Assembly: GCA_048571215.1 (NCBI GenBank)
Contig: CP182352.1
Coordinates: 704,001-768,000, forward strand
Direction: 5' to 3'
Length of the DNA stretch: 64,000 nt
Source of the DNA: Halarcobacter sp.
GTDB taxonomy: Bacteria; Campylobacterota; Campylobacteria; Campylobacterales; Arcobacteraceae
Positions 51,197-62,424 of the stretch are shown in pieces. Under the pieces are notes generated by a model that was not told the DNA's origin, did not search any database, and worked only from the letters and a program-made list of their open reading frames with translations. The translations under genes and the position numbers were made by a program. Position 1 is the stretch's first letter; each line of letters begins with the position of its first letter.

Positions 51197-51390
51197 TTCT
51201 TCTCCTTATTTAGATTAGATAATAATAAATTGTTGAAATGATAATCGTATGATAAAAGTAGCATTACCGTAGCGTTTTTGTCATATGTTCATATTTTGTT
51301 TATATTTTTCACACAAAAAAACTATAGTAATTGTTGTCTTGACTAATTATTTAAATAGGACTACAATGTATTCAATAGGAGGTAAAGAAG

Positions 51391-52713
51391 ATGAAACGAT
51401 TCTTTTATTTGCTGTGTTTCTTATTCATACCAATATTTGCGTTTAGCGATAATATAACACATATAAAAATACAAGATGCAATATCTCCCGCAACTGCTAA
51501 ATACTTAAACAATGCCTTTAAAGAAACCAAAAAAAACAATTCAAAACTTTTATTAATCCAACTAGATACCCCAGGTGGATTAGCAAGTTCTATGAGGGAG
51601 ATGATTCAAGATATTTTAAATAGCAAAATACCAGTTGTTATGTATGTTTCTCCCAAAGGTTCTAGAGCTGCAAGTGCAGGTACTTATTTGATGTATGCTT
51701 CACATATAGCTGTTATGAGCCCTGGAAGTAATATAGGAGCAGCAACTCCTGTAAATCTTATAGAAAATCCTAAGTCACAAAAAGAGGAACAAACAGAAGA
51801 TAAGAAGAAAGAAAATTTTTCTCAAATGACAACTACCATGCAAAAAAAAGTTATAAATGATTCTATTGCATATATAAAAAGTATTGCAGAACTTAGAAAT
51901 AGAAATATACCATGGGCAATAAAAGCTGTTAAAGATGGTGAGAGTATCTCTTCTCAAGAGGCATTAAAACTTAATGTTATAGATTTTATTGCAAATGATA
52001 TGGATGAGTTACTTAAAGAAATAGATAAAAAAGAGCTTGTTATAGATGGTAAAAAAATCATAATTAATACAAAAAATGCAAATATAATATTTTTTGCTCC
52101 ATCTTGGAAAACAAAAATTTTAATGACTATAACAAATCCAAATATTGCATATATTTTCTTGATGCTTGCTTTATATGGAATCTTATTTGAGATGTTCAAT
52201 CCAGGTGCAATCTTACCAGGTTTCATTGGGTTTATATCCGCTTCACTTGCTTTGTATTCACTAAATATTTTACCCTTTAATTATGTGGGATTACTGCTTA
52301 TATTTTTTGGTGTTGTATTTATGTTGATGGAAGTATTTATTTCAGGTTTTGGGATTTTAGGAATTGCAGGAGTTTTCTCTTTAGCTACTGGTTCATTTTT
52401 ACTTTTTGATGAAAAAACTTTAGGTTTAGGAGTCTCTTATCCTTTGATAATAGCTTTTTCACTTGTAAGTTTAGCTTTGTTTGTTTATATATTAAAAACT
52501 CTTCTTAAAACAAGAGAAAAAAAATCAATATCGGGGATTGAAAATATAATTGGAAGCCAAGCATTAGTCGTGAAAGTCAAAGGTAATACTTATAAAGTTT
52601 TATCTAATGGAGAGTTATGGAATGCAACTAGTAAGGAAAAACTTAATATTGATGACAAAGTAACAATAGAAAATATAGAAGGTTTAACCCTTCAAATAAG
52701 GAGTGAGAAATGA
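51391..52713 (+). CDS. Long-form NfeD (ClpP-like serine protease, TM, OB domain)
   Basis: LDTPGG, AASAG, IGAATPV, GELWNA. Confidence 0.92.
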   Translation: MKRFFYLLCFLFIPIFAFSDNITHIKIQDAISPATAKYLNNAFKETKKNNSKLLLIQLDTPGGLASSMREMIQDILNSKIPVVMYVSPKGSRAASAGTYLMYASHIAVMSPGSNIGAATPVNLIENPKSQKEEQTEDKKKENFSQMTTTMQKKVINDSIAYIKSIAELRNRNIPWAIKAVKDGESISSQEALKLNVIDFIANDMDELLKEIDKKELVIDGKKIIINTKNANIIFFAPSWKTKILMTITNPNIAYIFLMLALYGILFEMFNPGAILPGFIGFISASLALYSLNILPFNYVGLLLIFFGVVFMLMEVFISGFGILGIAGVFSLATGSFLLFDEKTLGLGVSYPLIIAFSLVSLALFVYILKTLLKTREKKSISGIENIIGSQALVVKVKGNTYKVLSNGELWNATSKEKLNIDDKVTIENIEGLTLQIRSEK

Positions 52714-53453
52714 TTTCATATACATTGATTTATATAGTTGCTTTTATAGTAGCTATTTTAATCTTATCTATAAAAATTTTAAGGGAATATGAGAGAGGTA
52801 TTGTTTTTACTTTAGGGCGATTTACAGGAGTAAAAGGTCCTGGGATAATTATTCTTATCCCTGGTATTCAACAAATGGTAAGAGTAGATTTAAGAACAAT
52901 TGTTTTAGATGTACCAACGCAAGATGTTATATCCCATGATAATGTTTCAGTTCATGTAAACGCAGTAGTTTATTTTAGAGTAATAGATCCAGAAAAAGCT
53001 ATTATCCAAGTTGAAAATTTTCTTATGGCAACAAGTCAATTGGCTCAAACAACACTTAGGTCAGTTTTAGGTGGACATGAACTTGATGAGATGTTAAGTG
53101 AGAGGGAACGACTAAATATAGATATCCAAGAGATTTTAGATAAACAAACAGATATTTGGGGAATCAAAATCTCTAATGTAGAGATAAAACATATTGACTT
53201 AGATGAGAGTATGATTAGGGCTATTGCAAAACAAGCAGAAGCGGAAAGGGAAAGAAGAGCAAAAGTGATCAACTCCAAAGGTGAACTGGAAGCTAGCAAA
53301 AATTTACTTGAAGCTGCAAAAATCATAAGTGAAAATCCACAAGCTATTCAACTTAGATATTTACAAACTTTAAGTGATATATCAGGGGATAAAACAAATA
53401 CAATAGTTTTTCCATTTCCAACTGAATTGAGTAATATATTTAAAACAAAATAG
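52710..53453 (+). CDS. SPFH/stomatin (slipin) family protein
   Basis: [40 protein letters not shown]. Confidence 0.95.
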   Translation: MISYTLIYIVAFIVAILILSIKILREYERGIVFTLGRFTGVKGPGIIILIPGIQQMVRVDLRTIVLDVPTQDVISHDNVSVHVNAVVYFRVIDPEKAIIQVENFLMATSQLAQTTLRSVLGGHELDEMLSERERLNIDIQEILDKQTDIWGIKISNVEIKHIDLDESMIRAIAKQAEAERERRAKVINSKGELEASKNLLEAAKIISENPQAIQLRYLQTLSDISGDKTNTIVFPFPTELSNIFKTK

Positions 53454-53474
53454 TTTTAGCTTGAAGATTTAGAA

Positions 53475-53499
53475 AAGGCAAGAGTATCTATCTTGCCTT
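53475..53499 (+). terminator. Probable terminator hairpin
   Basis: AAGGCAAGA-GTATCTA-TCTTGCCTT followed by T-rich tract. Confidence 0.6.
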
Positions 53500-53602
53500 G
53501 TTATTTTATAATATCTTTTATTATCCAAAAAAATCTATTTAAAATTTTTATTTTTTTTATTAATATGTTATACTATCTAATATTACAAACAGTAGGATAG
53601 TT

Positions 53603-56600
53603 ATGTCAAAAATTATTTTAAAATTTTTTATAATATCTTTTTTGTTTACATCTCTTTATTCTAAAGAAAAAGTAGTTTTACAACTTAAGTGGTTTCATCA
53701 ATTTCAATTTGCAGGTTATTATGCTGCTAAAGAGAAAGGTTTTTATGATGAACTTGGTTTGGATGTAGAGATAAAACAAAGAGATCTAAAATACAATAAT
53801 GTAGAAGAAGTAATAAAAGGTAAAGCTCAATATGGAATTGCAGATTCTATATTGATACTTTATAAATCACATGGAGAACCGGTAGTTATAGTATCTCCTA
53901 TTTTTCAACATAGTGCTAGTGCTTTAATATCTTTAAAAAGTAGCGGTATTAATTCCCCTTATGATTTAGGTGAAAAAGATGTTCTTTTTTATCCTAATGA
54001 TGTGGATGGTTTTGCAATATTAGCTATGTTTAAAAAGTTAAATTTAAAACCAAATTTGATTCGAGAAAGAGAAAAAAATGATTATTTAAAACTAATAAAC
54101 AAAGAGATTGATGCTATTCCTGTCTATTTAAGTAATGAGCCTTTTTATTTTAAAGAAAAGAACATAGATATCAATATCATCAACCCTTCTAATTATGGTT
54201 TTGACTTTTATGGTGATATTTTATTTACTAGTGAAGATGAGGTAAAAAATCATCCCCAAAGGGTTCAAAAGTTTAAAGAAGCTACTTTAAAGGGCTGGAA
54301 TTATGCTTTAGACCACCAAGAAGAGATTATTCAACTAATACATAATAAATATAATTCTTCAAAGTCACTTGAACATTTGCGTTATGAAGCAAAAGCTATT
54401 GAAAAACTTATTATGCGAGAAATAGTTCCCTTAGGAAGTGTGGATAAGGGTAGGGTTAGATATATTTCTGATTTATATAATGAATATGGTTCAAAGGTAG
54501 AATCATTTAATATAAATGATTTTATATTTGAAGAGTATATTAAAGATAAATCAAATCTAAATTTGACTCAAGAAGAAAAAAAATATTTAGAAAAACATCC
54601 TATATTAAAAGTGCAAAACTTAAGTGCCTTTCCACCTTATAACTTTTATGAAAATAATAAACCTCAAGGCTATACAATAGATTATATGAATTTAATAGCA
54701 AAAATTCTTGGAGTTAAAATAGAGTTTGTTGGACAAAAAAATTGGAAAGAGTTTATTGATATGTTAAAAAGTGGACAACTTGATTTGATACCTCATATTG
54801 CTATTAATAAAGAAAGAAGTAAGTTTATAGATTTTACTAATATTGAGCATCTATCTTATAAACCAAGTTTAGCTGTAAGAAAGGGCTCAAATCTTAAAAC
54901 TTTTAGTGATTTAAAAGATAAAACAATAGCCGTATTAAATAAATCATTTTTGCACACTATTTTAAAAAATAAATACCCTAATCAAAAACTTCTTTTAACA
55001 CCTACTACAAGAGAGGGAGCAGAAGCCGTATCAAGTGGTAAAGCTGATGCTTTTATTGGGAATCTGGCAACCACAGAATATTATATAAAACAACATTGGT
55101 TAAGTAATTTAGAAACAGTACAATTAGATAATGTAAAATATATACCAAAAGAGGCACCTTTATATATGGGAGTTTCAAAGGGGAATACTCTACTTAAATC
55201 GATATTAGAAAAAGCAAATAATGAAATCTCATATAATAAAGTAATAGATTTAAAACAAAAATGGTTAAATTTAAAACCACCAAGTAAAGTTAAGTTTACA
55301 GATGAACAATATAAATATTTAGCAAGTAAGAAAAAACTAAAAATGTGTATAGATCCAAATTGGTTGCCTTTTGAGAAGATAGAAAAAGGGAAACATATAG
55401 GGATGACTGCTGAGTATATTAAACTTTTTAGTAAAGAGTTACCTATTTCTATTGAATTGGTAAAAAGTAAAGACTGGTTGGATACTATCTCTTTGGCAGA
55501 AAACAGAACTTGTGATTTTGTAACTATTATGATGGATAGTAAAAAACGTCGTGAATATTTTAATTTTAGTAAAAATTTAATGAATATGCCTTTAGTTATT
55601 GCAACTAAAATAGATATACCTTTTATAAATGATATTTCTAATGTATTATCTAAAAAATTCACTATTACAAAAGGTTTTGTATATTTAGGTTTATTAAAAA
55701 GTAAATATCCAAATATTAAATTTATAGAAGTTAAAGATGCAAAAGAAGGATTAGAAAAAGTTGATAGGGGTGAAGTTTTTGGCTTCATAGGTGTACTTCC
55801 TGTTGTAGCTTATAATATTCAAGAAAATTTTATTTCAAACCTAAAAATAGCAGGTAAACTAGATACCACAATAGGTTTTTCTATTGCAACAAGAAATGAT
55901 GAACCATTATTAAATGAAATAATGAATAAGCTGATATCAAATATACCTATGGAAAAAAATAAAGAGATTTTAAATAAATGGTTATCAATAAAATATGAAG
56001 AGAGTTTTGATGTAAAACCTTTTCTTTATGTTATATCTATTTTTTCAATTATTATTATAATTATAATGATTAAAAACCGAGCCATTAATAGGCTTAATAA
56101 CAAACTTTCAGAATATCTCGATATTGTTGATAAAAATGTTTTAACTTCCACAACTGATAAAGAGGGGATAATAGTATCTGTTTCTCAAGAATTTTGTGAT
56201 ACAAGTGGCTATACAAAAGAGGAACTTATTGGTAAGAATCATAGAATAATAAGACATGAAGATATGCCAAAAGAGTTATTTATTCAATTATGGGACACTA
56301 TAACAAGTGGAAATACATGGAAGGGTGAAATAAAAAATAAAAAGAAAAATGGAGATTTTTATTGGGTTGATGCAAGCATTTCACCAATATTTGATGAAAA
56401 TAAAAATATTACAGGTTATACTGCAATTAGTCATGATATAAGTGATAAAAAGAAAATTGAGAGTATTTCAATAACAGATGAATTAACAACACTTTACAAT
56501 AGAAGATATTTTAATGAGATTTTTGAAAAAGAGTTAAATAGAGCAAAAAGAGAGGGTAACTATTTTGCATTGATTATTTTAGATGTAGATTTTTTCAAAC

Positions 56601-56974
56601 AATACAATGATTTTTATGGGCATCAAAAAGGTGATTTTGTTCTAAAAAGTTTGGGGAAAAGATTGATTGAGATATGTAAGCGTTCTTCTGACACACCATT
56701 TAGAATAGGGGGAGAAGAGTTTGCTATAATATTTACTCCTAAAAATGAAGAGGATGCTCTAAACTTTGCTAAATTAGTAAATAAAAAAATAGAAGAGTTA
56801 AAAATAGAACATAAATACAATAAAGCAAGTGATTATATAACTGCATCTATTGGATTATATGTAGCTTATGGAGAGAAAATAGAAACATCAGAATCTATTT
56901 ATAATCATGCTGATAGTGCTTTGTATAAAGCAAAAGAGAGTGGAAGAAATAGATTTGTTCTATATGAAAGTTGA
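53603..56974 (+). CDS. Diguanylate cyclase with NMT1/THI5-like and two SBP_bac_3 periplasmic domains, PAS and GGDEF
   Basis: LQLKWFHQFQFAGYY, FPPY, DPNWLPFE, WKGEIKN PAS, FRIGGEEF. Confidence 0.9.
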   Translation: MSKIILKFFIISFLFTSLYSKEKVVLQLKWFHQFQFAGYYAAKEKGFYDELGLDVEIKQRDLKYNNVEEVIKGKAQYGIADSILILYKSHGEPVVIVSPIFQHSASALISLKSSGINSPYDLGEKDVLFYPNDVDGFAILAMFKKLNLKPNLIREREKNDYLKLINKEIDAIPVYLSNEPFYFKEKNIDINIINPSNYGFDFYGDILFTSEDEVKNHPQRVQKFKEATLKGWNYALDHQEEIIQLIHNKYNSSKSLEHLRYEAKAIEKLIMREIVPLGSVDKGRVRYISDLYNEYGSKVESFNINDFIFEEYIKDKSNLNLTQEEKKYLEKHPILKVQNLSAFPPYNFYENNKPQGYTIDYMNLIAKILGVKIEFVGQKNWKEFIDMLKSGQLDLIPHIAINKERSKFIDFTNIEHLSYKPSLAVRKGSNLKTFSDLKDKTIAVLNKSFLHTILKNKYPNQKLLLTPTTREGAEAVSSGKADAFIGNLATTEYYIKQHWLSNLETVQLDNVKYIPKEAPLYMGVSKGNTLLKSILEKANNEISYNKVIDLKQKWLNLKPPSKVKFTDEQYKYLASKKKLKMCIDPNWLPFEKIEKGKHIGMTAEYIKLFSKELPISIELVKSKDWLDTISLAENRTCDFVTIMMDSKKRREYFNFSKNLMNMPLVIATKIDIPFINDISNVLSKKFTITKGFVYLGLLKSKYPNIKFIEVKDAKEGLEKVDRGEVFGFIGVLPVVAYNIQENFISNLKIAGKLDTTIGFSIATRNDEPLLNEIMNKLISNIPMEKNKEILNKWLSIKYEESFDVKPFLYVISIFSIIIIIIMIKNRAINRLNNKLSEYLDIVDKNVLTSTTDKEGIIVSVSQEFCDTSGYTKEELIGKNHRIIRHEDMPKELFIQLWDTITSGNTWKGEIKNKKKNGDFYWVDASISPIFDENKNITGYTAISHDISDKKKIESISITDELTTLYNRRYFNEIFEKELNRAKREGNYFALIILDVDFFKQYNDFYGHQKGDFVLKSLGKRLIEICKRSSDTPFRIGGEEFAIIFTPKNEEDALNFAKLVNKKIEELKIEHKYNKASDYITASIGLYVAYGEKIETSESIYNHADSALYKAKESGRNRFVLYES

Positions 56975-56985
56975 GTTTAGATGGA

Positions 56986-57015
56986 TTTAAAAGAGAGTTT
57001 AAACTCTCTTTTAAA
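56986..57015. terminator. Bidirectional terminator (perfect 30 bp palindrome)
   Basis: TTTAAAAGAGAGTTT-AAACTCTCTTTTAAA between convergent genes. Confidence 0.8.
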
Positions 57016-58615
57016 ATAAAGATTTAACTATCTCTTGAGCTTCACTTTGGATTGTTTTTAAGTGTTCTTCACTAATAAAACTCTCTGCATAGATTTTATA
57101 AACATCTTCTGTCCCTGATGGTCTAAGGGCACACCAACCATTTTTTGTATTTATTTTCAGTCCACCTATTTTTGCACCATTACTTGCACTTGTAAGAATA
57201 GATTCTATTTTTTCACCTGCAAGGGTATCTGCTTTTATAGCTTCTGGTGTCAAATTTTTCAATATGGCTTTTTGTTCACTATTTGCAGGGGCATCAATTC
57301 TAGCATAGATTGGACTTCCATGTTTTTCTTTTAATGTTTCGTAGTATTCACCTGCATCCATTTTAGTAACTGCTAGGATTTCAGCTGATAAAAGATTTAG
57401 GATGATTCCATCTTTATCTGTACTCCACACACCCCTATCAAATCTTAAGAAACTAGCACCAGCACTCTCTTCTCCCCCAAAGAACACTCTACCATCTATT
57501 AAAGGTTTAACAAACCATTTAAAACCTACAGGGGTTTCTATAACCTCTTTGTTATTGTCTTTTGCAACCCTATCTATCATAGAGCTACTAACTAAGGTCT
57601 TACCAATACCTAAGCCATCAAAATCTCTATTTGCACTAAGATAATCTATGGCAACACTTAGATAGTGGTTTGGATTTAAAAGACCTTTGCTTTTTGTTAC
57701 TATTCCATGTCTATCAAAGTCTGTATCATTTCCGAAAGCTATATCATATTTGTCTTTTAGTTCTATTAGTCCTGCCATTGCAAAAGGGCTTGAGCAATCC
57801 ATTCTTATCTTTCCATCTTTATCACAATGCATAAAAGAAAAAGTAAAGTCAGATGTATCATGAAACACATCAATATCAAGATTATACATTTGTTTAATTG
57901 CATGATAATATTTCATACCACTTCCACCCATAGCATCTGCACCAATTTTTATATTTGCTTTTTTTATAGCATCTATATTGATAACATTTTTTAAATCACT
58001 TACATAAGGGTTTACAAAATCATACTCTTTGATATTTGCACTCTCTAAGGCCTCTTTTAGTTCCACATATTTTACACCATTTAAATCATTTTTTAGATAC
58101 TCATTTGCTTTTTGTTCAATCCAGCTTGTAATGTCAACATCAGCTGGACCTCCATCTAAACCATTGTATTTAAAACCTCCATCACAAGGTGGATTATGTG
58201 AAGGGGTTATTACTATCCCATCACTTCCTTTGTGGTTTAAAATGGCATGGGAAATTACTGGAGTAGGTGTGTATTCAAAATCTTTTGCATAACAAACCTC
58301 AATTTTATTTGCAGCCAATACTTGTAAGGCTGTGTTGTGTGCAGGTATTGATAAAGCATGGGTATCCATACCAATAAAAAGTGTACCTGTAATATTTTTT
58401 TCATTTCTATAATCAACAACTGCTTGTGTAACTGCTAAAATATGAGCTTCATTGAAACTATTTTTTAAAGAAGTTCCCCTATGTCCTGAAGTTCCAAAAC
58501 TAATAAGCTGTTCTTTTTTATTTATATCTGGATAGTTTAAGTAGTACTTACTTACCAAACTTGGTATATTTTCTAAAATATTTTTTGGTGCTAATTTTCC
58601 TGCTAGTTCATTCAT
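57011..58615 (-). CDS. pgm: Phosphoglucomutase
   Basis: FGTSGHRG, TPSHNPP, DTDFDRH, GEESAG, RPSGTE. Confidence 0.95.
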   Translation of the reverse strand: MNELAGKLAPKNILENIPSLVSKYYLNYPDINKKEQLISFGTSGHRGTSLKNSFNEAHILAVTQAVVDYRNEKNITGTLFIGMDTHALSIPAHNTALQVLAANKIEVCYAKDFEYTPTPVISHAILNHKGSDGIVITPSHNPPCDGGFKYNGLDGGPADVDITSWIEQKANEYLKNDLNGVKYVELKEALESANIKEYDFVNPYVSDLKNVINIDAIKKANIKIGADAMGGSGMKYYHAIKQMYNLDIDVFHDTSDFTFSFMHCDKDGKIRMDCSSPFAMAGLIELKDKYDIAFGNDTDFDRHGIVTKSKGLLNPNHYLSVAIDYLSANRDFDGLGIGKTLVSSSMIDRVAKDNNKEVIETPVGFKWFVKPLIDGRVFFGGEESAGASFLRFDRGVWSTDKDGIILNLLSAEILAVTKMDAGEYYETLKEKHGSPIYARIDAPANSEQKAILKNLTPEAIKADTLAGEKIESILTSASNGAKIGGLKINTKNGWCALRPSGTEDVYKIYAESFISEEHLKTIQSEAQEIVKSLF

Positions 58616-58870
58616 ATCTAATCCCTTTTATTGATATATAAATTATAACAGTATATTTATTAATCTATTTTAGAAAGGGTTTTATTTTGGATAGGAATAA
58701 GTGTTTATTCAAATAATATTGTATATATAAATTACTGATTAAAAAACTTTATACTTACTTAATATTAGATTTTAAAATATATTTATTAAATTAAATTAAT
58801 ATTATATTTTAATAATTTATAATAGTATTTGTAAATAATTAATATATAAAAATATTATTAGGAATTTAAA

Positions 58871-59482
58871 GTGGATAATCATATTTTAAAATTACCATTT
58901 ATTTTTGATAAGAAGAAACTAATAGAAGATTTATCACAAGTAAATGAATCTTTTTTGGTTAAACATCCAAATACTAATTATCCTACACCACTTTTTTCTA
59001 AGATGTCATATATACCAAAAATTTTAGAAAATTTTAAAACAAAAATTGAAGCAGTTAGATTTATGAATCTAAAAGCTAATTCTCAAATAAAAGAGCATTG
59101 CGATAGAGAATCCTATTTAGAAAAGGGGTTTATAAGAATTCATATTCCTATAAGTACTAACGAAAAGGTAAAATTTATACTTGATAGTATAGAAGAAAAG
59201 TTAGAACTAGGATGTTGTTATTATATAAATGCAGATAAACCTCATTGCATTGAAAACCTTGGAACAACGGACAGAATTCATTTACTTATAGATTGTAAAG
59301 TAAATGGTTGGCTTAAACAATTATTTTATAATCAAGGATTTGTAGAAGAGAAATCTCTTTATAATAATCATATCAGTGATGAAAATATAGATGATGTAAT
59401 CAAAAATCTAAAACTTATGAATACTATAGTACCAGATAAATTAATCAAAGATTTTGAAAAGATGAGAGATAGACAATGTTAA
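58871..59482 (+). CDS. Aspartyl/asparaginyl beta-hydroxylase family 2OG-Fe(II) oxygenase
   Basis: IKEHCD (HxD), RIHIPI.TN, PH...N.G..DRIHL.ID. Confidence 0.85.
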   Translation: MDNHILKLPFIFDKKKLIEDLSQVNESFLVKHPNTNYPTPLFSKMSYIPKILENFKTKIEAVRFMNLKANSQIKEHCDRESYLEKGFIRIHIPISTNEKVKFILDSIEEKLELGCCYYINADKPHCIENLGTTDRIHLLIDCKVNGWLKQLFYNQGFVEEKSLYNNHISDENIDDVIKNLKLMNTIVPDKLIKDFEKMRDRQC

Positions 59483-59964
59483 AAAACTTAAATAAAAATT
59501 TATTAGTAAAGGTAGAAACAAAAGAAGATGAAAATTTTTTATTTAAATTATTTTCTTCTACAAGAGAAGATGAATTGTCATTTCATAATATTTTACCAAA
59601 AGAGAAAAAGATTTTTTTAATGCAACAATTTAATGCAAGACAAAAAGATTTTAAAATCCGTTATGAAGATGCAAATTTTTTTATTATCAAACATAAGGAA
59701 AAAGATGTTGGAAGAATAGTTTATAAAATAGCACAAAAAATACAACTCATAGATATAGCATTAATATCAAAATCTAGAAATAAAGGTTTTGGCACTTATT
59801 TAATTCAAACTTTGATGAAAAAAGCACTTGAAACAAATCTTGAACTACATCTAAGTGTCGCAACCAATAATCCAAAAGCTTTTAAGTTATATAGAAGTTT
59901 AGGTTTTAAAATTATTTCGCAGGATATGATGTATATACAAATGGCATTTAATAAAAATAGCTAA
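59476..59964 (+). CDS. GNAT family N-acetyltransferase
   Basis: LF.STRE.E, QQF.A, IDIAL, RNKGFGT, NP.A..LY..LGF. Confidence 0.9.
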   Translation: MLKNLNKNLLVKVETKEDENFLFKLFSSTREDELSFHNILPKEKKIFLMQQFNARQKDFKIRYEDANFFIIKHKEKDVGRIVYKIAQKIQLIDIALISKSRNKGFGTYLIQTLMKKALETNLELHLSVATNNPKAFKLYRSLGFKIISQDMMYIQMAFNKNS

Positions 59965-59994
59965 ATCTTCTATTTAAGGTTTAGCTATTTTTAT
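59951..59994 (+). terminator. Hairpin between GNAT and the tail-collar triplet
   Basis: ATAAAAATAGCTAAA / TTTAGCTATTTTTAT inverted repeat. Confidence 0.65.
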
Positions 59995-60037
59995 GCTCAT
60001 AGTAAATGTGTATAAAAATTTTTATTAAGGAGATGAT

Positions 60038-60562
60038 ATGGCAGATGCATATATTGGAGAGATAAGGTTATTTGCTGGTAATTATGCACCACGAGATTGG
60101 GCCTTATGCAATGGTAGTTTAGTTGCAGTAGTATATAATGAATCTTTATTTTCACTTTTAGGTACTGCATATGGTGGAGATGGAGTAAATAATTTTGCTC
60201 TTCCAGACTTTAGAGGTAGAGTTCCAATGCATTTTGGAACAGGTGTTGGCTTAACACCAAGAACAATTGGTAGAAAATTTGGTTATGAAATTGTAACTTT
60301 AAGTATTGATGAAATGCCACAACATAATCATAATCTAATGGCACAACCTGTAGATGCACATTTGAATGATCCACAAGATGCTTTTATAGCAAAAAGTTCG
60401 TCAGATTTTTATGATGATAATGCAGAAAAGAATCCCCCAGTTACATTGTCGGATGATGCTTTAATGAACAGCGGTCATAATGAAGCACATTCAAATATTC
60501 AACCATGTTTAGGCTTAAGTTTTATTATATGTTTAAGTGGTGAATATCCAAGTAGAAATTAA
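60038..60562 (+). CDS. Phage tail-collar domain protein (microcystin-dependent protein-like) 1
   Basis: YIGEIRLFAGNYAP..WALCNG, LFSLLGT.YGGDG...FALPD.RGR, H.N.QP, YPSRN. Confidence 0.92.
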   Translation: MADAYIGEIRLFAGNYAPRDWALCNGSLVAVVYNESLFSLLGTAYGGDGVNNFALPDFRGRVPMHFGTGVGLTPRTIGRKFGYEIVTLSIDEMPQHNHNLMAQPVDAHLNDPQDAFIAKSSSDFYDDNAEKNPPVTLSDDALMNSGHNEAHSNIQPCLGLSFIICLSGEYPSRN

Positions 60563-60572
60563 AGGAGATATT

Positions 60573-61103
60573 ATGGCAGACGCTTATATAGGGGAGATTA
60601 GATTACTTCCATATACTTATTCACCAAGATATTGGATGAGTTGTTCAGGTCAAACACTTCCTATTTTTGAATATTCAAAGTTATATAGTGTTATTAGTAC
60701 AACATATGGTGGTGATGGGGTAACAACTTTTGCACTTCCTAATTTATCTGGAAAATTACCAATTGGAACAGGGACAGGACCTGGTTTGAGTTCTCGTTAT
60801 CTTGGGCAAGGTGTTGGATCATCATCAGTTCAATTATCAGCTCTTCAGATACCAGAACATAACCATAAAATTGATAAAGTTTTTACCGATAGCCCTGTTC
60901 AAAATACACCAAGTAATTTAATGTATTTGGGGAAAATGAAAAAGAATAATTATTATAAAGAAGCAGTAACTACGGAGGAAGTTTATATGAGTAATAGTGC
61001 AGTTTCTAATACAGGGCAATCTGTAGCTCATGAAAATAGACAGCCTTCTTTGGCTTTGCAATATTGTATTTGCGTAGATGGTATTTATCCATCACGAAAT
61101 TAA
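60573..61103 (+). CDS. Phage tail-collar domain protein 2
   Basis: Same motifs; ATG at 60573 after AAGGAG. Confidence 0.92.
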   Translation: MADAYIGEIRLLPYTYSPRYWMSCSGQTLPIFEYSKLYSVISTTYGGDGVTTFALPNLSGKLPIGTGTGPGLSSRYLGQGVGSSSVQLSALQIPEHNHKIDKVFTDSPVQNTPSNLMYLGKMKKNNYYKEAVTTEEVYMSNSAVSNTGQSVAHENRQPSLALQYCICVDGIYPSRN

Positions 61104-61114
61104 AAGGAGATATT

Positions 61115-61648
61115 ATGGCACAACCATTTATTGGCGAAATAAGAATGATGGGATTTGATTTTAATCCCAGAGATTGGGCTTTATGTGATGGGCAAATTTT
61201 CCCAATACAAAAGAATCCAGCACTTTTTAGTTTGTTAGGAAATACCTTTGGTGGTGATGGTATAAATACTTTTGCATTGCCAGATTTAAGAGGAAGGTCA
61301 CCTTTAGGTATAGGAACTTTTGGTTCTTCTCATTATTCCCAAGCAGATCAATGTGGAGTTGAATTAGTTAAACTTTTAGAAGCTAATCTACCTTGTCATT
61401 CTCATCAAATGTTAGCTACTAATTATGATGGTGATAGTAATAAAGCTATAAATAATAGTTCAATTTTAGCAAAATCAGACTATACAGGGCTTTTATACTC
61501 AAAGGATCCAAGTAGCTTAGTTAATTTGGCTGTAGATTCAGTTAGTATGGAAGGAGGTAATCAATTTCATTACAATATGCAACCTACACAAGTAATTAAT
61601 TTTTGTATTGCTTTAGAAGGACTTTATCCAAGTAGACCTTATATTTAG
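61115..61648 (+). CDS. Phage tail-collar domain protein 3
   Basis: Same motifs; ATG at 61115 after AAGGAG. Confidence 0.92.
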   Translation: MAQPFIGEIRMMGFDFNPRDWALCDGQIFPIQKNPALFSLLGNTFGGDGINTFALPDLRGRSPLGIGTFGSSHYSQADQCGVELVKLLEANLPCHSHQMLATNYDGDSNKAINNSSILAKSDYTGLLYSKDPSSLVNLAVDSVSMEGGNQFHYNMQPTQVINFCIALEGLYPSRPYI

Positions 61649-61680
61649 AGGGAGAGTTCTCCCTCTAATGGTTTTTTTTT
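61645..61680 (+). terminator. Terminator overlapping convergent gene ends
   Basis: TTAGAGGGAG / CTCCCTCTAA stem followed by T9. Confidence 0.7.
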
Positions 61681-62424
61681 ATTTAATTCTGATGCATATT
61701 CAAAAAGTTTTAAATCATAATAGTTCTCTTGGTTTATTTGTTTTTTCATGCCATTATTTAATTTATAATGTTGTTTGATAAATTCAATTTTTTTTGTATG
61801 ATTTAATCCTTCTAAAGCATTTCCTTTATATCCAGTGACTCTTTTCTTTTCAAATGATGTAGGAAGATTCATAAGGTTAAAGAGTTTTGGTAAATCTTCA
61901 TCAAGTTTGTGGGTTAAAAGAATAAAGTCACATTTATCAAAAAGTTTTTTTGCTAACTCAAACTTTTCATTATCTGAAAAGTTAAGATTTATAGGCATTA
62001 GTTTTTTTGCATAAAAATTGCATATGAAGTTTCTATTTTTTACTTTATAAGTATTATTATACCAATCTTCAAAATTTTTTTTAATAATATTTTTACTTTT
62101 TTCAAAATTATATATTGAAACAATTTGATCTGCTGGACTTCTCATAATAGCAATATAATAAGGAGTTTTATTTATAAAATGTTTATGTATCCCATAATAT
62201 GTTTTATGACCACTAAGTACTTTAATTTTCTCTTTTTCAGAATTATCACGTTTTTCAAAATCTATACAATTGTTTTCTTTTCTATACTTTTCTCCCCAAT
62301 TTGCTAAATGTATAAATTCTTCATCCCATAGCAGATGCTTTTTGAAATGCCCATTTATTGTTGTTCCTCCAGATTTTCTTAAATGAAAGAAAATAAAAAG
62401 TTTATTGTTATTCAATGATTTCAT
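61645..62424 (-). CDS. Sulfotransferase (Sulfotransfer_2-like)
   Basis: FFHLRKSGGTT 5'-PSB motif, GH, MRSP....VS.Y, N..D..L. Confidence 0.8.
   Translation of the reverse strand: MKSLNNNKLFIFFHLRKSGGTTINGHFKKHLLWDEEFIHLANWGEKYRKENNCIDFEKRDNSEKEKIKVLSGHKTYYGIHKHFINKTPYYIAIMRSPADQIVSIYNFEKSKNIIKKNFEDWYNNTYKVKNRNFICNFYAKKLMPINLNFSDNEKFELAKKLFDKCDFILLTHKLDEDLPKLFNLMNLPTSFEKKRVTGYKGNALEGLNHTKKIEFIKQHYKLNNGMKKQINQENYYDLKLFEYASELNKKKPLEGELSL

Noticed and set aside
55081..55788. 235 aa antisense ORF, and other short shadow ORFs such as 9226-9615, 27710-27997 and 41720-42070
   Set aside because: They lie opposite well-supported genes, lack motifs, and are explained by codon bias of the sense gene
60537..61114. 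Extended N-termini in the ORF track (60537, 61064; also 31217, 19011, 25042, 44569)
   Set aside because: Downstream starts have better RBS spacing and match family or paralogue N-termini
60038..61648. Prophage tail region
   Set aside because: No other phage structural, packaging, lysis or integration genes; neighbours are modifying enzymes
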